Part shown: positions 57,509 through 64,000 of the stretch, piece after piece
How the letters are laid out: each line of letters starts with the position of its first letter
How positions within the stretch are numbered: position 1 is the stretch's first letter
Virus record (IMG/VR): IMGVR_UViG_3300025141_000030
Length of the DNA stretch: 64,000 bases
From: a virus
Strand: one strand, 5' to 3'
Translations under genes and position numbers: made by a program
The notes under the pieces: generated by a model
The model's database searches: none
What the model saw: the letters and a program-made list of their open reading frames with translations, nothing else
Told to the model about the DNA's origin: nothing

Positions 57509-58654
57509 ATGGCGGGCTCCACAAAGAAGCAGGTCCACGACTTTACTGCGGATCTGATTAAGTCACTTAATAAGGAACACGGAAGTAAGATTGCCTATAA
57601 CTTGTCCGTGGACGAGTCACCTACTAATATCAAGAGGTGGATCTCCACAGGTTCAAGACAACTTGACTATCTGGTCTCTAACAGAAGGGATGGCGGCATT
57701 CCGGAGGGGAGGATTATTGAGATCTTCGGTCCTCCCAGCATTGGAAAGTCACACATTGCCATCCAGTTGGCCAGGTCAGTCCAGGAGATGGGCGGTATTG
57801 CGGTGTACATTGACACCGAGAATGCGACGTCGATTGAGAATCTCCGTCGTCTTGGTGTTGATGTGTCTAAGAGATTTGTCTTTGTGGAGACCGCCTGCAC
57901 CGAGGAGGTCTTTAAGATAGCAGAAAATACGATTAAGAAGGCTAAGGCGATTAGCGGTGGGGTTCCTGTTATTATTATTTGGGACTCCGTTGCTGCCTCC
58001 TCACCACTGGCTGAACTTATTGGAGACTATGATAAACAGTCCATCGGCCTTCAGGCCAGGGCGATCTCCAAGGGGATGAGGAAGATAACACAGGTTATTG
58101 GAACTGAGAATGTCACGTTTGTCTGTCTTAACCAGACAAGAACCAAGATTGGGGTGATGTACGGTGATCCCACCACCACCCCCGGTGGAATGGCAATTCC
58201 ATTTCATGCCTCTGTGAGGATTAAACTGGGCGCGGGCCAGCAGCTTAAGAACAAGGACGGTGACATTATTGGTATTAATGTCTCCGCCAAGACTATTAAA
58301 AATAAGGTCGCGCCACCGTTTAGGACATGTAATTTTGAGATTCATTTTGGCGTTGGAATCAAGGAGCATGAGCAGCTGTTCGATATCCTCCGGCGTGCCG
58401 GCAGCTTTGTGCAGGGCGACGTCGAGGTCTCTGTGGGCGGCACCGGAAGCTGGAAGACCTTCACGGTTGTGAATACAAAGACTGGCGAAGAGATAGCCAG
58501 TAAAAAATTCTACAAGGCTGAATTCAATCAGGTCTTGACGAATACCGTGCATAGACCTTATTTGGATGACTTTATCGAGCATGTTATGATTAAGGAATTT
58601 AATATAAATGAGCTTGATGAAGGCAATGTCGCCGATGCACTAGACTTGGAATAA
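57509..58654 (+). CDS. recA: RecA/UvsX recombinase
   Basis: ISTGS..LD, GGIPEGRIIEIFGPPSIGKS, YIDTE, WDSVAA, GLQAR, NQTR.KIGVMYGDP.TTPGG and KNKVAPPFR. Confidence 0.93.
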   Translation: MAGSTKKQVHDFTADLIKSLNKEHGSKIAYNLSVDESPTNIKRWISTGSRQLDYLVSNRRDGGIPEGRIIEIFGPPSIGKSHIAIQLARSVQEMGGIAVYIDTENATSIENLRRLGVDVSKRFVFVETACTEEVFKIAENTIKKAKAISGGVPVIIIWDSVAASSPLAELIGDYDKQSIGLQARAISKGMRKITQVIGTENVTFVCLNQTRTKIGVMYGDPTTTPGGMAIPFHASVRIKLGAGQQLKNKDGDIIGINVSAKTIKNKVAPPFRTCNFEIHFGVGIKEHEQLFDILRRAGSFVQGDVEVSVGGTGSWKTFTVVNTKTGEEIASKKFYKAEFNQVLTNTVHRPYLDDFIEHVMIKEFNINELDEGNVADALDLE

Positions 58655-58662
58655 GAGGAGCT

Positions 58663-59607
58663 GTGTCGAATATTTTATTGGTGGACGCTTACGGGCTGTT
58701 CATAAGACACTACTCTGCAAATCCGTCAATCTCTTCTAATGGATATCATGTGGGTGGAGTTGTCGGTTTTTTAAAGGCACTTCAGTATGCCATTCAAAAG
58801 CATTTTGCCAGTAAGGTATATATCGTCTGGGAGGGCGGAGGGTCAGGCTTTAGGCGAAGCCTCCTGAGTTCGTACAAGGACAAGCGCCGTCCGATTAGGA
58901 TGAACCAGTACTATGAGGAGGCGATTGATGATACTTATGAGAGCAGAAATCGTCAAATTTTAACGCTATTAAAGCTGTTAAAGTATGCTCCATTCTGTCA
59001 GCTTTATGTTCCTGACTGCGAGGCCGACGATATCATCGCTTATCTTTGCAAGTATTCCCATCAGAATGAGAATAAAATTATCCTCTCCTCTGACAAGGAC
59101 TACTACCAGCTTTTGGATGAAAAAACGTTCATCTCCACGACAATTAGGAAAAAATTAATAGGTTCGGCTGACGTAAAGGAAGAGTTCGGTATTTCCTATC
59201 GTAATTTTGCCCTTGCCAAGGCTATTGTTGGGGACAGGTCCGATAAGATCGATGGTGTCAAGGGCGCGGGGTTCAAGACATTAGCGAAAAGATTTCCTGC
59301 CCTGGTGAACGATGAGGACGTACTGCTGGAAGAACTTTTCGATTATGCCAGACAGATGTCCGAGAGCAAAATAATTTTATATAGGAGGATCTTAGAGGGG
59401 CGCGATTTGATTGCGAGAAACTGGAAACTTGTTCACCTCGACACCGCCTCCCTTACGAGCCAACAAATCAGTAGAACCGACGAATTATTGCAAAATTTTA
59501 CACCCAGAAATAATAAATTTGACTTCCTGCGTGCAATAATAGAGTGCGGCCTAAACAACTTTGATGTGGACGGCTTTTTCTTTCCGATGAAAACGATAAG
59601 GTGGTAG
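58663..59607 (+). CDS. 5'-3' exonuclease/flap endonuclease (Pol I N-terminal/T4 RNase H-like)
   Basis: LLVDA, YK..R, EADDIIA, SSDKDYYQL and GDRSDKIDGVKGAGFKT (H3TH motif). Confidence 0.9.
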   Translation: MSNILLVDAYGLFIRHYSANPSISSNGYHVGGVVGFLKALQYAIQKHFASKVYIVWEGGGSGFRRSLLSSYKDKRRPIRMNQYYEEAIDDTYESRNRQILTLLKLLKYAPFCQLYVPDCEADDIIAYLCKYSHQNENKIILSSDKDYYQLLDEKTFISTTIRKKLIGSADVKEEFGISYRNFALAKAIVGDRSDKIDGVKGAGFKTLAKRFPALVNDEDVLLEELFDYARQMSESKIILYRRILEGRDLIARNWKLVHLDTASLTSQQISRTDELLQNFTPRNNKFDFLRAIIECGLNNFDVDGFFFPMKTIRW

Positions 59608-59608
59608 A

Positions 59609-61000
59609 ATGGAATCATTGAGTAACCCTAGTTTTGCTGAGCACGGCACATCATTTCAAGAGAAAATTATGCAGGCCCTCCTGTCAGATCACCAGTGGGC
59701 TGAGCAGATGTCTGAGGTCATTAAGATCGACTATTTTGACCTTAAACACCTGAAGTTCCTGTCCCAGAAATATTTTGATTATTATACGAAGTACCGAACT
59801 TTTCCCACGCTACAGTTGCTCGTGACAATTATTAGGGATGATCTTCGTGCGGGGACCGATGTAATTCTTCGTGATAAGATTGTTGAGTACCTACAGCGAA
59901 TTAAGCTGAATCCAGACATGGGCGACATTCAGTACGTCAAGGATAAGTCTTTAGACTTTTGTCGAAAGCAGGCAATGCGATCTGCGCTCGAGCAGGCCGT
60001 AGATATGATTGCCACTGGGCAGGATGAGAATGTTATTAACATTATACGGGAAGCCCTGACAGTTGGAACGACACCCTCTATCGGCCATGAGTTCATTGAG
60101 GACATGGAGAGCAGGTTTGTTCATATTGTCAGGCATGCCTGTCCGACTGGAATTAGGGAGCTGGATGACAGAAAGGTCATGAATGGAGGTCTTGCCAAGG
60201 GCGAGATTGGTGTCGTCGTCGCCAATACGGGAGTTGGAAAGTCCCACTTCTTGGTCCAGGCCGGTGCGACAGCCTTGATGAACGAAAAGAATGTAGTTCA
60301 CTATACTTTCGAGCTGTCAGAGGTCTCAACAGGATTGCGGTATGATTCACACATTTCGGATATCCCTATTGACGAGCTTCTTGAAAGAAAAGAAGAGGTG
60401 ATTGAAAAGTATAAGGGACTCGACTTGGGTCGGCTTATCATTAAGGAGTATCCAACTGGCTCCGCTTCGGTGGTGACGATTAGGAATCACATCGAGAAGC
60501 TGGCACTTAAGAATTTTAAGCCTGATGTGCTTATTATCGACTATGCAGACATCATGCGCTCTACGCGATCGTATGACTCCCTTCGCCATGAGCTTAAGTT
60601 AATCTACGAGGAGCTTAGGAATATGGCAATGGAACTAAAAATTCCGATTTGGACAGCCTCACAGGCTAATCGCTCCTCAGCGCAGAGCGACATCGTCGGC
60701 CTCGAGAATATGTCTGAGGCCTACGGTAAGGCGATGGTCGCTGACGTTGTCCTTTCATTGTCACGCAAGACCCACGAAAAGGCAGACGGCGCCGGCAGGC
60801 TCTTCGTCGCTAAGAACCGTGCCGGTCGCGACGGCTTGATTTTTCCAATTAAAATCGATACAGCGCAGTCTAAAATCCGTACATTAACAGAGAGCGAAGT
60901 CGTAGAGCTAGATAATAAAAAACGGGAATCTGAAGCCGACATGAAAGAGCTTCTCAGAAAAAAGTGGCGTGAGGTAGCTCAGGATAGAAAAGTCGTGTGA
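59609..61000 (+). CDS. Replicative helicase (DnaB/T4 gp41-like)
   Basis: GGLAKGE, ANTGVGKS, FELS, IKEYPT, IIDYAD, WTASQANR and AKNR.G.DG. Confidence 0.92.
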   Translation: MESLSNPSFAEHGTSFQEKIMQALLSDHQWAEQMSEVIKIDYFDLKHLKFLSQKYFDYYTKYRTFPTLQLLVTIIRDDLRAGTDVILRDKIVEYLQRIKLNPDMGDIQYVKDKSLDFCRKQAMRSALEQAVDMIATGQDENVINIIREALTVGTTPSIGHEFIEDMESRFVHIVRHACPTGIRELDDRKVMNGGLAKGEIGVVVANTGVGKSHFLVQAGATALMNEKNVVHYTFELSEVSTGLRYDSHISDIPIDELLERKEEVIEKYKGLDLGRLIIKEYPTGSASVVTIRNHIEKLALKNFKPDVLIIDYADIMRSTRSYDSLRHELKLIYEELRNMAMELKIPIWTASQANRSSAQSDIVGLENMSEAYGKAMVADVVLSLSRKTHEKADGAGRLFVAKNRAGRDGLIFPIKIDTAQSKIRTLTESEVVELDNKKRESEADMKELLRKKWREVAQDRKVV

Positions 61001-63513
61001 GGGAGATTAGAGTGAATAAGAAGAGAGCATGTAGGGAGTCTTTAGAGTATTTTAACGGAGATGAACTTGCTGCAAGCATCTTTGTTACTAAATACGCCCT
61101 CACAGATTCGAATGGTGAGATTCTCGAGGCAACCCCTGCAGATATGCACAGGCGATTAGCTGCAGAATTCTATCGTATTGAAAGTAAATACGATAATCCC
61201 ATGTCTGAGCAGGAAATTTTTGACTTGCTGGACGGCTTTAGGCACGTGGTCCCACAGGGTTCGCCTATGGCCGGTATTGGAAATCCATATCAGATTCAGT
61301 CTATTTCTAACTGTTTTGTGATCGATGCCCCTGAGGATTCTTATGGTGGTATTCTAAAGAGCGATCAGGAGCTCGTGCAGATTGCTAAACGCCGAGGAGG
61401 CGTAGGCTTTGACCTCTCAACGATCCGACCTAAGGGACTCAACACCGCGAACGCAGCTCGCACCACTGACGGTATCGAGGTCTTCATGGACCGGTTCTCT
61501 AATTCCTGTCGTGAGGTAGCCCAGGGTGGCCGCCGCGGTGCTCTGATGCTGACAATATCTGTTCATCATCCACAAATTAGCGACTTTATAAAGATTAAGC
61601 GTGAGCTAACTAGGGTAACTGGCGCTAATATATCGATTCGTTTAACTGACGAGTTTATGAACGCAGTGTCGTCCGATGCCGACGTCCAGCTTCGATTTCC
61701 AGTGGATCGTGATGTAGAGCACATGATTACAGAGCAGGTTAACGCTAGGGAACTCTGGGATGAAATGATTGTGTCTGCACACGCCTCAGCCGAGCCCGGC
61801 CTTTTATTTTGGGACAATGCTAAGAGGAATACCCCTTCAGACATTTATCAGGATCAGGGATTCGGATCGGTCTCTACGAATCCGTGTGGAGAAATAATCT
61901 TATCCCCTTACGACTCGTGTAGGCTGATGCTGGTTAATCTTACTTCTTTCGTGGAGAATGCCTGGACAGATTCAGCATGTTTTGATTATGCTCATTTTGG
62001 TGAGACCGTGCAAAAGGCCCAGCGTCTTATGGACGACATGATTGACCTAGAGGTCGAGCAGATTGACGCTATTTTGGCTAAGATCGCAAGCGATCCTGAA
62101 TCTATTACTACCAAGGCTATTGAGATTGAGCTGTGGACTAAGATTAGGACCCAGGCCCTCCGTGGACGAAGGACGGGTTTGGGGATTACTGGCCTAGGCG
62201 ATGTATTGGCGATGCTGGGTATCCGATACGGCAGCCAGCAAAGTATTGAGGAGACTGAAAAGATTTATCGCTGGCTTTCCACTCATGCATATATTTCATC
62301 GATGGTCCTGGCAAAGGAGCGGGGAGCGTTTGAGGTTCACGATGCTGACATGGAGGCTGGTCACCCATTTCTCGAGAGAATTTTTGATTCCATCGATGAG
62401 ATGACGCCGGAATCAACCGCTTATAAGGCACGTCAGATGAACCAGCGCTGGGGTCGAAGAAATATTGCGATCACCACCACAGCGCCCGCCGGCAGCGTTT
62501 CGACCCTTACACAGACCACCTCTGGGATCGAGCCCGCTTTCATGTTGCATTACACTCGTCGTCGTAAAGTCGCTGATGGTGAGGAGCATGACTTTACGGA
62601 TGACATTGGGGATAGGTGGAAAGAGTATGACGTCTATCATCACAAGTTTAGGGAGTGGATGGAACATGTGTCAGCTACCGGTTCTCCTGAGGAGCTGATA
62701 GCCGCTAGTCCGTATGCCGATGCCACTGCGAATAATATTGACTGGGTTCAGAAGGTCAAGGTTCAAGCTGCTGCACAGCGCTGGGTGTGCCACGCTATAT
62801 CCAACACTACAAATGTGCCTGAAAACACATCCGTCGATACTATTAAGAAAATTTATGTCGCCGGCTGGGAATCGGGCTGCAAGGGCGTCACCGTCTATCG
62901 CGCTGAATGCCGCAGTGGCGTCTTGGTTGAAAAGAGGAACGAATACAGGGGCGACGATAAGTTCATATCACATCCGGCTCCAAAGAGACCTGATGTCCTG
63001 CATTGTCATATTCATCATGCTACAATTCAGGGGGAGAAGTGGACTATTTTAATAGGCCTAATGAACGATAAGCCGTACGAGGTTATAGGCGGACTTTCTG
63101 AGTTCGTTGAGATCCCTAGGAAGTACAAGGAGGGTAAGATTAAGAAACATCCTCGTAAGTCGATGAATTCTATCTATGATCTTTCATTTGGTGAGAATGG
63201 CGATGAGGTCATGCTTAAGAATATCGTCTCACTCTTTGATAATCCAAATTATTCGTCATTTACTCGAATGATCTCTTTAGGCCTGCGTCATGGCGCCCCA
63301 ATTCAGTATGTTGTAGAGCAGCTACAAAAGGATAAGGATGCGGAGCTTTTTTCATTTTCTAAGGTCGTTGCTAGGGTGCTCAAGAATTATATCATTAATG
63401 GTACGAAGACTACGACTGAAAAGACATGTCCCGGCTGCAACGCCATGGAGTCATTTGCGTATCAAGAGGGTTGCATAACATGCTCTAGCTGTGGCTGGTC
63501 TAAGTGCTCGTAG
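60997..63513 (+). CDS. nrdJ: Class II (B12-dependent) ribonucleotide reductase
   Basis: SNCFV, RRGGVG, GRRGALM, GANIS, EPG, TNPCGE, GLGITG, APAGS, TSGIEP and CKGVTVYR, with a C-terminal CPGC..CSSC Zn ribbon. No beta-subunit gene is adjacent. The start may be GTG 61012. Confidence 0.85.
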   Translation: MREIRVNKKRACRESLEYFNGDELAASIFVTKYALTDSNGEILEATPADMHRRLAAEFYRIESKYDNPMSEQEIFDLLDGFRHVVPQGSPMAGIGNPYQIQSISNCFVIDAPEDSYGGILKSDQELVQIAKRRGGVGFDLSTIRPKGLNTANAARTTDGIEVFMDRFSNSCREVAQGGRRGALMLTISVHHPQISDFIKIKRELTRVTGANISIRLTDEFMNAVSSDADVQLRFPVDRDVEHMITEQVNARELWDEMIVSAHASAEPGLLFWDNAKRNTPSDIYQDQGFGSVSTNPCGEIILSPYDSCRLMLVNLTSFVENAWTDSACFDYAHFGETVQKAQRLMDDMIDLEVEQIDAILAKIASDPESITTKAIEIELWTKIRTQALRGRRTGLGITGLGDVLAMLGIRYGSQQSIEETEKIYRWLSTHAYISSMVLAKERGAFEVHDADMEAGHPFLERIFDSIDEMTPESTAYKARQMNQRWGRRNIAITTTAPAGSVSTLTQTTSGIEPAFMLHYTRRRKVADGEEHDFTDDIGDRWKEYDVYHHKFREWMEHVSATGSPEELIAASPYADATANNIDWVQKVKVQAAAQRWVCHAISNTTNVPENTSVDTIKKIYVAGWESGCKGVTVYRAECRSGVLVEKRNEYRGDDKFISHPAPKRPDVLHCHIHHATIQGEKWTILIGLMNDKPYEVIGGLSEFVEIPRKYKEGKIKKHPRKSMNSIYDLSFGENGDEVMLKNIVSLFDNPNYSSFTRMISLGLRHGAPIQYVVEQLQKDKDAELFSFSKVVARVLKNYIINGTKTTTEKTCPGCNAMESFAYQEGCITCSSCGWSKCS

Positions 63514-63523
63514 GAGTAAATTA

Positions 63524-64000
63524 ATGAATATTGTTAGTAAGGTTGATCCGCGCATTAAGGAAGTTGAGTTAAGGCACTCACCTGTCTATATTCGTGTCAA
63601 TAAGTTTGATGAGTCGTCTGCTAAGAAATTTGCCGATGAAATATCTAAGGCACATAATACGGGCCAGACGGTGATACCAGTTGTCATTGATTCTTATGGT
63701 GGGCAGGTTTATAGCCTGATGGCGATGATTAGCGCCATTAAGGCGGCACATGTTCCGATTGCTACGATCGTGTCAGGAAAGGCTATGTCCTGTGGCGCAA
63801 TTCTTTTTTCATTTGGTCAGGACGGGATGAGGTATGTGGACAGCGATGCCACTGTCATGATTCATGACGTCTCGTCATTTGAAAAGGGTAAGGTTGAGGA
63901 GATAAAGGCTTCAGCTGAGGAGACCGAGAGGCTGAACACCAAGGTCTACGAGATGATGGCTCTGAACTGCGGTAAGCACAAGGACTATTTTTTAGATATC
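63524..64000 (+). CDS. clpP: ClpP-family protease (3'-truncated, absent from the ORF track)
   Basis: Manual translation from ATG 63524 (AGGAG RBS) gives IDSYGGQV..GKAMSCGA..MIHD, with the ClpP Ser and His motifs. Open to the window end. Confidence 0.85.
   Translation, partial: MNIVSKVDPRIKEVELRHSPVYIRVNKFDESSAKKFADEISKAHNTGQTVIPVVIDSYGGQVYSLMAMISAIKAAHVPIATIVSGKAMSCGAILFSFGQDGMRYVDSDATVMIHDVSSFEKGKVEEIKASAEETERLNTKVYEMMALNCGKHKDYFLDI

Noticed and set aside
20007-63513. Inteins or introns in terminase, RecA, helicase or RNR
   Set aside because: The proteins are of ordinary length with contiguous motifs; no intein termini or homing-endonuclease motifs were seen.
1-64000. Stop-codon reassignment
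   Set aside because: Conserved genes are full length in the standard code and end in TAA, TAG and TGA with tight packing.

Overview
This window is a gene-dense segment, with every supported gene on the + strand, of a large, probably lytic, contractile-tailed dsDNA phage with a distantly T4-like head and neck. No cellular housekeeping genes are seen. Order: (1) 1-14.6 kb, the end of a fibre-like gene plus seven genes, mostly large and uncharacterised, probably for virion proteins (FN3-, LamG- and tail-collar-like segments); (2) 14.6-19.6 kb, RuvC-like resolvase, primase and a single-chain SbcD-SbcC (Mre11-Rad50) fusion; (3) 19.6-30.8 kb, terminase, portal, prohead protease, small head genes, scaffold and gp23-like major capsid; (4) a tubulin/FtsZ-family GTPase between capsid and neck genes; (5) 32-54.6 kb, neck, tail terminator, two tandem ~1000-aa sheaths, tube, a chaperone pair with a probable +1/-2 slippery site, a tape measure broken by a 122-bp tandem duplication, and baseplate genes; (6) 54.7-64 kb, a minimal family-A polymerase, gp32-like SSB, RecA/UvsX, 5'-3' exonuclease, helicase, class II RNR and a partial ClpP. 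An intergenic ATAnTTAT-type motif recurs before virion genes, and CTTGTACACA occurs before both replication clusters. No tRNA, rRNA, CRISPR, integrase, intron or intein was recognised. All calls come from reading motifs by eye; no searches were run.
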